A stretch of 64,000 nucleotides of DNA from the NCBI RefSeq assembly GCF_009914755.1, contig NC_060932.1; one strand, written 5' to 3'. The notes under the pieces were generated by a model that ran no database searches, was not told the DNA's origin, and saw only the letters and a list, made by a program, of their open reading frames with translations. This document shows, piece after piece, positions 52,576 through 64,000 of this stretch. This stretch comes from the human T2T-CHM13v2.0 reference genome, Homo sapiens. The first letter of the stretch is position 1, and every line of letters starts with the position of its first letter. The translations under genes and the position numbers were made by a program.

Positions 52576-53984
52576 CTCTTCAATTCTCTTCTGAGCCCGG
52601 CTCCATCCCAGCATCTGCACCCTGGTCAGGAGATGCCTGCTCTGCCCACTGCTGTGTCCTTGGGGCAGGGGCTGCCTGTTCTGGGTCTCATTCTCTTTTA
52701 TGTCCCAGCCAAGCCGCTGGTTTGTAACAGTAGTTCAATAAACACTTTCAAATGAACATACATAGGAATCCTGAAAAGAGTACTCGAATGTGCAAAAGGG
52801 TGTCTCTCAGCACTTCAGGCAGCAAAGCGCTTTGCAGAGACATGAACGCGAGTGTTTGCTGTGCGTGTGGGGCTGCTGGCACCGACGGGAGCTCAGGCTT
52901 TGTTACTTCCTGCACCGCAAATTACCTGCACCTGGTTAACGGCAGCAGCCGTCTCCAGAAATTATGAAATAAATCGCAGGTTACTTCAGAAGCATTTCAG
53001 TCACCATTGAGTTGAACTAAGGAGACTTTGGAAAAGCACAAATTCGTGCATAAAACTCACCCCTCCAGTTGCCAGAGATGCTCAGCTGCACAAAAGACTT
53101 GTGATAAGCGAGGCTTTTTTCTGAGAAAGTGTGCGGGCCTTTTGCATCTCACCTGGTTACAAAGCGACGTGAATTAAAGTCCACATGAAGGATCAGCATG
53201 AACACCCGACCACATCTTACTCCAAATTGCTTCTGAAATTAAAAGTTCGCCGAGGTGTCATGTTCACTGGGGACTCTCTGTAGCACTGAGCTACTTTGAA
53301 AAATTCTTTAATTACACGCTTGCGAAAGTCATGACTATTGGTATTAACTGGGACACAGGGATAGCTATTTCGAAAAAAGTGACATTGAACTCACAATACC
53401 TTATCTTATTAAATTCCATGGAGACTAAAAGTTTAAACTTAAGAAAATAAAGCCATAAGAATTGCAAAATATGATTTTGGTGACCATTTGTATCATCTCA
53501 GAACCGGTTAGGATGTTTTGAACATGATTCAAAAAAAAAAAAAAAAAAAAAAAAACACCCAAAAGGCCAAAAAGGAAAAAGGTTATTCTTTACATTTGAT
53601 ATTTTTATATTTATATTTTACTTAAATAATATAAGGAGTTCCTTTCTAAATCAAAATTAGACTTAAGAGGCCAATTAAAAATAAAGGTCACGGCGCATGG
53701 TGAGGAGTTGCTGTTCGTAACCGACGGAAAAGGCTTCATACGTGAACACGGCTGGACAAGCAACCAGAACAGGTGCTTCCCCAGGATGTCCAGAAACAAG
53801 CAGAGACCGTGAAGGACATTTAACCTCACCACCAATTCCATGTGTGCCCATGAAAACAAGATTCCATTGTTGGCTGACAGATTGGCAAAGATTAATACTA
53901 GCCAATGTTAGCAAAGACATGAAAAAATGGGCCGTTACGGTTCCTGCTTACTTATTAAACATTTCTGTGGGCCAGTTTGGCAAT

Positions 53985-54374
53985 TTGAACTGAGCGTAAC
54001 TCTTTTGTACTCAAGGAGTACGACATGATGATTTGATGTCTGTGCACCTTGTGCAGTGATGACCACAACTGGGTAAATTAACACACCTGTCCTCATCCAG
54101 GCTGGACGGTGCAGCCCCAGACCTTGCCCATCCTGTGACTTGAATTTATATCCTTTGGTTAGCATCTCCCCGTTCCGCTTTCCCTGGGCCCTGGCGCCCA
54201 CTCTTCTACTCTGTGCTTCTGGGAATCTGGGTTTTTCTAGTTCCACAAGTAAGTGAGGCCACTCAGTGTTTGCCTTTCTGTGCCTGGCCTATTTCACTCA
54301 GCATCATGTCCTCCAGCTCCATCGCGTTGCCGTGAATGCTGGGATTTTCTTCCTTAGTAAATCTGAGGGTTATT

Positions 54375-54426
<52 letters not shown>

Positions 54427-54440
54427 TATCACATTTTCAA
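53985..54440 (-). mobile_element. L1MA-type 3' end containing a (TG)n microsatellite at about 54378-54422
   Basis: TTCCACAAGTAAGTGAG...TTTCTGTGCCTGGCCTATTTCACTCAGCATCATGTCCTCCAG.TCCATC. Confidence 0.85.
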
Positions 54441-54604
54441 AGTGAGCGTAGCCATTCAGATAGGAATTCCATGTCTACACATTTACATTAAGGAAATATA
54501 AAATGTACGTTTCTTGTCTGAACCCCAGCACCAAGAATGATAAAGTCTACACAGTGTTTTTTAGATTACATTTATGCAATCTTGAAAAAAATCAAATAAA
54601 TACA

Positions 54605-55019
54605 CAGTTGACCCTCATAAAAAAGCAGGGCTTAGTGGTAGCAACCCCCTCATGCAGTCAGAAATCCGCATATAACTTTTGACTCCCCCAGACTTTACTG
54701 CTGATAGCCTCCTGTTAACCAGAAGCCTAAGCAATAATACAGTCACTGACACACATTGTGTTTGTTACATGTATTACATGCTGTATTCATACAGTAAAGT
54801 AAGCTAGAGAAAGAAAATGTTATGAAAATCATAAAATACATGTACTGTTTATTAAATGGAAATGGATCACCACAGAGGCCTTCATCCCCGTCTTCACGTT
54901 GAGTGGGCTCAGGAGGAGAAGAGGGGTTGTTCCCACAGTCTCAGGGTGGCAGAGGAGGAAGAAGATCCCCGTGTGAGTGGACTCCAGCAGTTCCAACCAA
55001 TGTTGTTCAAGGGCAAGTG
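54605..55019 (-). mobile_element. Tigger2a (TcMar-Tigger), near full length
   Basis: TIR-like CAGTTGACCCT ... TGTTGTTCAAGGG.AAGTG; ATAACTTTTGACTCCCC; AAAGTAAGCTAGAGAAAGAAAATGTTAT. Confidence 0.9.
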
Positions 55020-55052
55020 TGCGTGAATATATGTGCAGAAATATGTATCATC

Positions 55053-55444
<392 letters not shown>

Positions 55445-56889
55445 TTAGTATATCCCCCCCAAAAAAGTTCTATAGCCAATTAAAATTATGGAAGGGATGT
55501 ATGTATACAAAGTGTGTGTGTGCGTGTGTGTGTGTGTAGAGAGAGACCCTAATCAATGAGAAATTATACTTACTATGTTAATTAATCAGGCTGATACAAT
55601 TAGCATATGCGGTGTCATCTTATTTTTGTGGAACGCAAATCGAAGGATCTTTGGACGTAAGTATTCTCAGGTGGATGTGCATCGCCACGTGGGCAGTGCC
55701 ATATCTATGTTGTGACATTGCAGGGATCATCCCCTTTATCTATTTTGGCAAATTTATAATTAAGTTTGTCAGGTATATTCATTAATTTTGTAACGAGAAA
55801 AATAAGGGATTTTTATTTTGAAAAAAATAATTACACGCTTTCTGGAAAGTCATCAAGTTCTAAGGTTTGGAGAATATGTTACAGTATTTCAAATTCTCAA
55901 ATATGGAAAAGGTGTTGGAAAAGTGCTGCTGCCGCCACTTCATGCCAGATGCTAAAAACATAAAGGGCAGCAATCCTGAATGAGAAATGCATTAATAATC
56001 TCAGACTTTTATACAGAGATTCTGTCAAATGGTACGGTATGTGTTAGCCCTGCCTTGTACACACGAGAACACGGATGTGGAGGCTGATAGGCCTTCGCTC
56101 AAGGAGGGAAATGGTTTAGGGACACACAGTTGGCGACGTTACCGGTCTGAGGAGCTTTAGCCTTCCTGCCTGTGTTGTATTTTTGGGGAGGCTCAAAGGC
56201 TGCTTGATTAACGACCAGATCCCAATTCCATGGTTCCCCTTAGTGGCTGGGGCTGGGACAGGTGCCGTCCACCTGGCCCAGGGCTGAGGCTCTTCTCTGT
56301 AAGGTCAGTGAAAACTTTGCAGTATTAGAATGGCCACGTCAGAGCCTATATTAACTTGACATTAACAAGAAGCATGAATTAAACTCCTGGTCAGATGACC
56401 ACCAGCAGCTCCCAGCGAGCACTTTCCAGCAGAGTAAACTAATGAATCTCTTCACTCTTCATGGGTGAGAGAGCGGCAGATGTCTTTGGCGGTGGACTCT
56501 GACAGGAAGGTCATTTCACTCCCATTCTCTTCTCCGATGTGTTACATTCATGAAGGAGACCCACAAATGCATGTCTGGGGTTTTGGTGTCTGTACTTAGT
56601 GATAAAATATGTGACCCCAAGAAGAAAGGGGTTTTCGTTATTCACTGGCTCATTCAGACGTTGGGAAACAGTATACACTTATTTAGGCATCAATTAATAG
56701 AAGAATTAGGTCAGAATTCATTAGGTTACCAGGCCAGGTCTGTATTTTTTAAAGTGAAAGTTACTGTGACCAAAGGATTCATAAAAGTTAAGGGATGAAG
56801 TGGCCTTGGATGCCATTTTCAGAATTTAATTTCTTTCCTGGAAAAAGCAAGAATTGTGACTGCACAGTCGCTGCACCCTCCTCTGCCGT

Positions 56890-59477
56890 GGCCTATGCCC
56901 GGCCCCTGAGAACTTGGTGCACAGTTACCCCGGCCTGTGCCCGGCCCCTGAGAACTTGGTGCACAGTTACCCCGGCCTGTGCCCGGCCCCTGAGAACTTG
57001 GTGCACAGTTACCCCGGCCTGTGCCCGGCCCCTGAGAACTTGGTGCACAGTTACCCCGGCCTGTGCCCGGCCCCTGAGAACTTGGTGCACAGTTACCCCG
57101 GCCTGTGCCCGGCCCCTGAGAACTTGGTGCACAGTTACCCCGGCCTGTGCCCGGCCCCTGAGAACTTGGTGCACAGTTACCCCGGCCTGTGCCCGTCCCC
57201 TGAGAACTTGGTGCACAGTTACCCCGGCCTGTGCCCGTCCCCTGAGAACTTGGTGCACAGTTACCCCGGCCTGTGCCCGTCCCCTGAGAACTTGGTGCAC
57301 AGTTACCCCGGCCTGTGCCCAGCCCCTGAGAACTTGGTGCACAGTTACCCCAGCCTGTGCCCGTCCCCTGAGAACTTCATGCACAGTTACCCCGGCCTGT
57401 GCCCGTCCCCTGAGAACTTGGTGCACAGTTACCCCGGCCTGTGCCCGTCCCCTGAGAACTTGGTGCACAGTTACCCCGGCCTGTGCCCGTCCCCTGAGAA
57501 CTTGGTGCACAGTTACCCCGGCCTGTGCCCGGCCCCTGAGAACTTGGTGCACAGTTACCCCGGCCTGTGCCCGTCCCCTGAGAACTTGGTGCACAGTTAC
57601 CCCGGCCTATGCCCGGCCCCTGAGAACTTGGTGCACGGTTACCCCGGCCTGTGCCCGTCCCCTGAGAACTTGGTGCACAGTTACCCCGGCCTGTGCCCGT
57701 CCCCTGAGAACTTGGTGCACAGTTACCCCGGCCTGTGCCCGGCCCCTGAGAACTTGGTGCACAGTTACCCCGGCCTGTGCCCGTCCCCTGAGAACTTGGT
57801 GCACAGTTACCCCGGCCTGTGCCCGGCCCCTGAGAAATTGGTGCACAGTTACCCCGGCCTGTGCCCGTCCCCTGAGAACTTGGTGCACAGTTACCCCGGC
57901 CTGTGCCCGGCCCCTGAGAACTTGGTGCACAGTTACCCCGGCCTGTGCCCGTCCCCTGAGAACTTGGTGCACAGTTACCCCGGCCTGTGCCCGGCCCCTG
58001 AGAACTTGGTGCACAGTTACCCCGGCCTGTGCCTGTCCCCTGAGAACTTGGTGCACAGTTACCCCGGCCTATGCCCGGCCCCTGAGAACTTGGTGCACAG
58101 TTACCCCGGCCTGTGCCCGTCCCCTGAGAACTTGGTGCACAGTTACCCCGGCCTATGCCCGGCCCCTGAGAACTTGGTGCACAGTTACCCCGGCCTATGC
58201 CCGGCCCCTGAGAACTTGGTGCACAGTTACCCCGGCCTATGCCCGTCCCCTGAGAACTTGGTGCACAGTTACCCCGGCCTATGCCCGTCCCCTGAGAACT
58301 TGGTGCACAGTTACCCCGGCCTGTGCCCGTCCCCTGAGAACTTGGTGCACAGTTACCCCGGCCTATGCCCGTCCCCTGAGAATTTGGTGCAGTTACCCCG
58401 GCCTGTGCCCGTCCCCTGAGAACTTGGTGCACAGTTACCCCGGCCTATGCCCGGCCCCTGAGAACTTGGTGCACAGTTACCCCGGCCTGTGCCCGGCCCC
58501 TGAGAACTTGGTGCACAGTTACCCCGGCCTGTGCCCGTCCCCTGAGAACTTGGTGCACAGTTACCCCGGCCTGTGCCCGTCCCCTGAGAACTTGGTGCAC
58601 AGTTACCCCGGCCTGTGCCCGTCCCCTGAGAACTTGGTGCACAGTTACCCCGGCCTGTGCCCGTCCCCTGAGAACTTGGTGCACAGTTACCCGGCCTGTG
58701 CCCGTCCCCTGAGAACTTGGTGCACAGTTACCCGGCCTGTGCCCGGCCCCTGAGAACTTGGTGCACAATTACCCGGCCTGTGCCCGTCCCCTGAGAACTT
58801 GGTGCACAGTTACCCGGCCTGTGCCCGGCCCCTGAGAACTTGGTGCACAATTACCCGGCCTGTGCCCGTCCCCTGAGAACTTGGTGCACAGTTACCCCGG
58901 CCTATGCCCATCCCCTGAGAACTTGGTGCACAGTCACCCGGCCTGTGCCCGGCCCCTGAGAACTTGGTGCACAGTTACCCCGGCCTATGCCTGTCCCCTG
59001 AGAACTTGGTGCACAGTTACCCGGCCTGTGCCCGGCCCCTGAGAACTTGGTGCACAGTTACCCCGGCCTGTGCCCGTCCCCTGAGAACTTGGTGCACAGT
59101 TACCCGGCCTGTGCCCGTCCCCTGAGAACTTGGTGCACAGTTACCCGGCCTGTGCCCGGCCCCTGAGAACTTGGTGCACAATTACCCGGCCTGTGCCCGT
59201 CCCCTGAGAACTTGGTGCACAGTTACCCGGCCTGTGCCCGGCCCCTGAGAACTTGGTGCACAATTACCCGGCCTGTGCCCGTCCCCTGAGAACTTGGTGC
59301 ACAGTTACCCCGGCCTATGCCCATCCCCTGAGAACTTGGTGCACAGTCACCCGGCCTGTGCCCGGCCCCTGAGAACTTGGTGCACAGTTACCCCGGCCTA
59401 TGCCTGTCCCCTGAGAACTTGGTGCACAGTTACCCGGCCTGTGCCCGGCCCCTGAGAACTTGGTGGACAGTTACCCT
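56890..59477. repeat. Large minisatellite, 42-bp unit (41-bp variants at the 3' end), about 62 copies
   Basis: GCCT(G/A)TGCCCG(G/T)CCCCTGAGAACTTGGTGCACAGTTACCCCG; 14-aa periodic ORFs. Confidence 0.98.
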
Positions 59478-59599
59478 TCTCCGGGAGCCACGACAACCTA
59501 GCCAGCAGCACCCACAGTCCTAATACTGGAATCAATGAGATCTGAAGATTGGAGCAATTCCCAGGCAAGAGCTCCTAGGAATTAAATCTCTTGTTACAA

Positions 59600-60100
59600 A
59601 AATATGGTTTAATCTCCACGGGATTTTGAAAATAAAATCGAAAACAACAATCTCCCAGAAAACAGGAAAATGACAAAATAATGGAAAATAAGAGTAAAAA
59701 GATGAGATGCTCACAGTGACTTTGCAAAAACTCCAACATATGATGACAAAGCTCTCAAAAGAGCATAGAGAAAGCAGAGTGGGGAAATGATCCAGGAAAA
59801 GGAAATTCTAGAAAAATCACCAATTCTAGAAAAATCACCAGACCCAAAGTCGGTGAGATTATAGATGGCAGGTGCATGAACTCCCCAGAACAGTGAATAC
59901 AACATAGGCCGACACCCCTGGAAAACTCCCATACACCAGCATTGCCAGGGGAGCCTGTGAGCTTTCAGGGAGAAAAGACAGATCGAGAAACCAGATGGCT
60001 TCCATCTTCTCCAGAGCGGCAGGGACAGCTGGGAGAACCTGCAGAATTCCCTCCAGAATCCTGGAGAAGTGGTGGCTGCTCCGGAGCTCCAGGCACAGGC
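59600..60100 (+). mobile_element. Highly decayed L1M/HAL1 ORF1-like fragment
   Basis: A-rich strand with GAAATTCTAGAAAAATCACCAGA...CCCAGAACAGTGAAT...ACACCC, resembling L1 ORF1-region remnants. Confidence 0.4.
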
Positions 60101-60919
60101 ACACCACCGGCCAGATGTGAGAGTGGAGTAAGAGGGCCAGCCACACAGAGTCTCTGAGGCTCCCCTTCGCTCTCTCAGGAAGATTCGGAGGATGTGCTGA
60201 CCCAGAAACGAGAGAAGAAACCTGGACAGAGGAAGGTGCGGGGATCCAGGAACCAGGGATTCAGCCAGGTTAGCAGCTGAGGAGATGCTCAGGATGGGGA
60301 GGAAAGCCCAGGCCACACCGGCATAGAATGCGGCAAGAAGGTGAGATCCGAAGAAAAAAAGGATTGATTTTTGAATGGGTTTTACCATATTGATGGAAAA
60401 AAAATGCTATGACTATGTTGAGAGAATTTTGAACTGTATTAATGATATAAATTATGCACATTAAAAAGTAAAGTAATAACTCCAGGGAAGGTAAAATGTT
60501 GTATGAGGATAGATAATAATAGCTCATTATGCAGATTCACATTGAATAATGTTTACCTAAAAATAAATTTAATACTAAATGTTAATTGGACGTCATATTG
60601 GTAAGCCAGAAAAGAGGGGAACAAGATAACGGCATGTATTGCGGGTGTGGTCGAAAAGCTCAGGTATCATATAGCAAAACAGCAGAGCCGTCGTGATCAT
60701 TGACAGTAAGGAGGATGGTATTGAAGAAAACAGCCGGAGGAGGTGAGGGCTTGTCTGTGGGAAGAGTTCTTCTTCATGCAGAGGGTGGAGAGACTGAGAG
60801 GCAGGTCTGCTGATTTTCTTCATAAGGCTTTTATAGTATTATCAGATTTTTGTAAAAGTGTATACATGAAAAATTAGTATAAAGATGAAATTTGGAATTT
60901 AAAATAAAAGAATGGAATA

Positions 60920-61190
60920 AGTTCACAGAGAGTAGAAACCCTGAATTGGGCAGTGGCCACGGGGCTGCAGAGAAGGCTGGGTTTGGCTACCTGGAGACAC
61001 ACATCACAGCATTAAGATTGGCAGTCTGGTGCACGGGGGCTGAGGGGCAGTTTGCAGAACTGAGGAGGTTCTGGAGAAGGACGGTGGTCGTGGTTGCACG
61101 GCAGTGAGTGTATCTGACGCCACTGAACTGCACCACTGGACGTGGCTAGAATGGTGAATTTCGTGTATGTTCTACCCCACAGAAAAAGAT
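60920..61190 (+). mobile_element. L1MB-type 3'UTR fragment
   Basis: GTTCTGGAGA..GGTGGT..TGGTTGCAC..CAGTGAGTGTA...GCCACTGAACTG.AC...ATGGTGAATTT. Confidence 0.75.
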
Positions 61191-61641
61191 CAGGTGCCTG
61201 TTTGACTTCAAAGTGTGGAAGAAATAGGCACTAAGTTGGGTCCTGGGTTTTGGGTTGAGGTGGTTGGTGACTGGTAGGGGTGAAGGGTGAGAGGAAGGTT
61301 CAGGTAGGAATGGCAACCAGATTTTTCTCAGGAACCAGGTGGAGGGCCTCACCTGTGCCACAATCGGAACCAGGAAAAGGCATGAAATTGTCCAGGAGGC
61401 CAGTGATGTCAGTCTAAGAGCCTGTGGATTTGATGGCGCTGGAAGCCGAGATGTCCTGTGAGTAGGTTCACCTGGGGGTCTGGAGCCCCACAGTTAGGGT
61501 TACGGGTGGGTTAGCGATCAAGGCGTGGAGGTCCCCAGCGCGTGAGCAAACACGGTGGGCGCAGAGCTGCTGGAGACTCACTGGCCAGACGTGGATGCAG
61601 CCAGTGCGTGCGGGCTGGGGCTAGTGTCAGCGTCTCACAGC

Positions 61642-62242
61642 GTCAGGGCTGTGAGAGCAGAGGCCGTGGATGGGGAGGCTCTGGTTCAGGTGTCAGGGCT
61701 GTGAGAGGCAGAGGCAGTGGGTGGGGAGGCACTGGTTCAGGTGTCAGGGCTGTGAGAGGCAGAGACCGTGGATGAGGAGGCGCTGGTTCAGGTGTCAGGG
61801 CTGTAAGAGGCAGAGGCCGTGGATGAGGAGGCGCTGGTTCAGGTGTCAGGGCTGTGAGAGGCAGATGCCGTGGATGAGGAGGCGCTGGTTCAAGTGTCAG
61901 GGCTGTGAGAGGCAGAGGCCGTGGATGAGGAGGCGCTGGTTCAGGTGTCAGGGCTGTGAGAGCAGAGGCCGTGGATGGGGAGGCGCTGGTTCAAGTGTCA
62001 GGGCTGTGAGAGGCAGATGCCGTGGATGAGGAAGCGCTGGTTCAAGTGTCAGGGCTGTGAGAGGCAGAGGCCGTGGATGAGGAGGCGCTGGTTCAGGTGT
62101 CAGGGCTGTGAGAGCAGAGGCCGTGGATGAGGAGGCGCTGGTTCAGGTGTCAGGGCTGTGAGAGCAGAGGCCGTGGATGAGGAGGCTCTGGTTCAGGTGT
62201 CAGGGCTGTGAGAGCAGAGGCTGCAGGTGGGGAGGGCTCTGG
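61642..62242. repeat. Minisatellite, 50-51-bp unit, about 12 copies
   Basis: GTCAGGGCTGTGAGAGGCAGAGGCCGTGGATGAGGAGGCGCTGGTTCAGGT. Confidence 0.96.
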
Positions 62243-62332
62243 TCCCACAGACTAAGGGTGTGGAAGTGCAGGGCCTCTTCATGACGGGAGGCACGTGGAC
62301 CTCTTTATGGGAAATGCCATAATGGGAGGAGC

Positions 62333-62450
62333 GGGACTCTGGAGGAGGAGGATGGGAAGGCGACGTGGCTTCCTCCCAGTCAGTGGGGAGGGGACTCTGG
62401 AGGAGGAGGATGGGAAGGCGACGTGGCTTCCTCCCAGTCAGTGGGGAGGG
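62333..62450. repeat. Two-copy, about 58-bp tandem duplication
   Basis: GGGACTCTGGAGGAGGAGGATGGGAAGGCGACGTGGCTTCCTCCCAGTCAGTGGGGAG twice. Confidence 0.92.
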
Positions 62451-64000
62451 TGGCTGCAGCATCCCGGGGAAGCCAGAGGATCTGCAGAGAGGAGAGGTCA
62501 GAGAAAGTGGCGAAGCTTGGAATGATAACACGGGAGTTGACAAGGGGCCCTGCTGAGGGTACTCAGAGCTGGAAGAAGTGTCGATGAGGGACCCCGCTAA
62601 GGGCACTCAGAGCTGGAAGAGGTGTGGACGAGGCCGCTCGGTGCAGACCACAGGTTTTTAGCAGAACCAATCTGCACAGTTCTTTGATTTTTATCCCACC
62701 AGGCTCAGCAGCTTGGATAGAAAAAAAGCTGATGATGAAATGCTTCCAGACCTCAGATTGTGCAGAATGGATGCAGCGGAGAGACAAGCACTGCCTGTCC
62801 ATGAGAACGTCCTCCAAGGACAGCTGTTTTCCAGACTTCCTCTTAGGTGGCCGTGGAGCAGCTGGGGACCTACAGGTACAACCCCGGGCGGAGACCCAGA
62901 GCGAGCCTTCCCTGCAAGGATCCAACGCAGACCCAGATCTGCCCCAGACCCAGATCTGCCTTTTCATGAAAATTGGAAGACAACAGTGATTGCTGAAAAA
63001 CAGCTAGCAGGCGTCCCACAGAGAGGGGCCGCGGAGCACCCAGCTCCGGCACAGACAGCTCTCCCTCACACGTGAACAGGAGCAACCGCAGGCTCTCGTC
63101 TGCACCCACGGAGTGTGTCTGGATGGATGTTGCCTGGAAATGCTTCCAGGCAGGAAAAACTTAACAGGCTGACATTTCATCCGTTGATGGAGATCACAGG
63201 GCCCTGGTGGAGTATCAGGCTTAGAGGAGAAGCTCTTCCAAAAATCAGTAACTAAATCGAGGCACTCTCTGAGCTCTCCAGATGTAAACCAAACGACTCT
63301 GGAATGATCTCTGCCATAGTAATCATGTTGGTGAAAACCAGATGGGAGCCTCTCATCTGGGCTTCTCCAGAAGGCGCAGAAATGTGTCTGTCACCTACAC
63401 AACGCTGTGGTGTGCTTGTATCTTTACAAACTCTTATGTATGACCTTTTAAAACTCCGTTTATTAAAATAATACTTTTTTTTTCATTTTCTTCCTTTTGC
63501 TGGAGTAAGTTTTTTGTATGCATAAAATGAAACAGATGGCCATGAACTCAGAACATCAGGGTTAGTTCCAGGCCCACCTACAAGCCCTTCCTGTCCATTC
63601 TGGGACCTCTGTGTACTGCACTGCAATTAGAAAATGACAATCTGTCGAGCTGTGTGCTCCTGTATGCTTGCGGGCCTCTGGTCTCTGCGTGCCGCCTCCC
63701 TTGCCTGCTTGAGGACTGGACTTCTGCCCTTTAACTGCAGTCCCGTCCACCTCTCACCTCCATTGAGCCGCCAAGCTCTGATCTGAGTCTCTTGTTGGGT
63801 GCTGGTGGTGAGGGAGGATCTTTTCATTTGGCGGAGGGCTCTGCCTGAGAATACTGCAGGTGGATTTCAGCTCAACCCTCTGTTACAAAACCATTTTTCA
63901 AGTCTCTTATCCACAGAGCGAGCCCATAGCGAATGCAAACACACTGTGCTGTGTGCAAGAGTCATAAAGAATTACAAGGCAGCATCACCGTCCTCATAAA

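Noticed and set aside
53530-53556. A24-type run as the tail of a processed pseudogene
   Set aside because: No upstream mRNA-like body, no adjacent polyA signal and no TSD; sits in AT-rich, probably old L1-derived sequence
56908-56923. AGAACT-tgg-TGCACA in the 42-bp unit as a GRE/ARE
   Set aside because: Critical positions of both half sites mismatch AGAACAnnnTGTTCT

Overview
Primate (almost certainly human) non-coding genomic DNA. It is GC-rich and very dense in minisatellites, the pattern typical of distal/subtelomeric chromosome bands; I could not identify the exact locus or a host gene. No credible protein-coding exon, RNA gene or CRISPR array is visible. Every long ORF in the track comes from a tandem repeat, a low-complexity tract, an Alu or a decayed L1. 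The window holds about 17 VNTR arrays (16-88 bp units, largest about 2.2-2.7 kb), a 1.3-kb (GAT/GGT)n tract and many 2-copy tandem duplications. Interspersed repeats are 8 Alus (several with clear TSDs), several L1 fragments, three LTR remnants (MER21-, MER31/MER67- and MLT1-like), DNA transposon fossils (MER47A, Tigger2a, MER5A, MER20, MER58) and MIR/L2 pieces. There is one small CpG island at about 46.3-46.75 kb. Repeat family names come from my recollection of consensus sequences, not from a RepeatMasker run. I do not see a new biological system. The most interesting signals are minisatellite architecture (higher-order blocks, polarity, birth inside an old L1), VNTRs that multimerise TF motifs, and the CpG island as a possible promoter.
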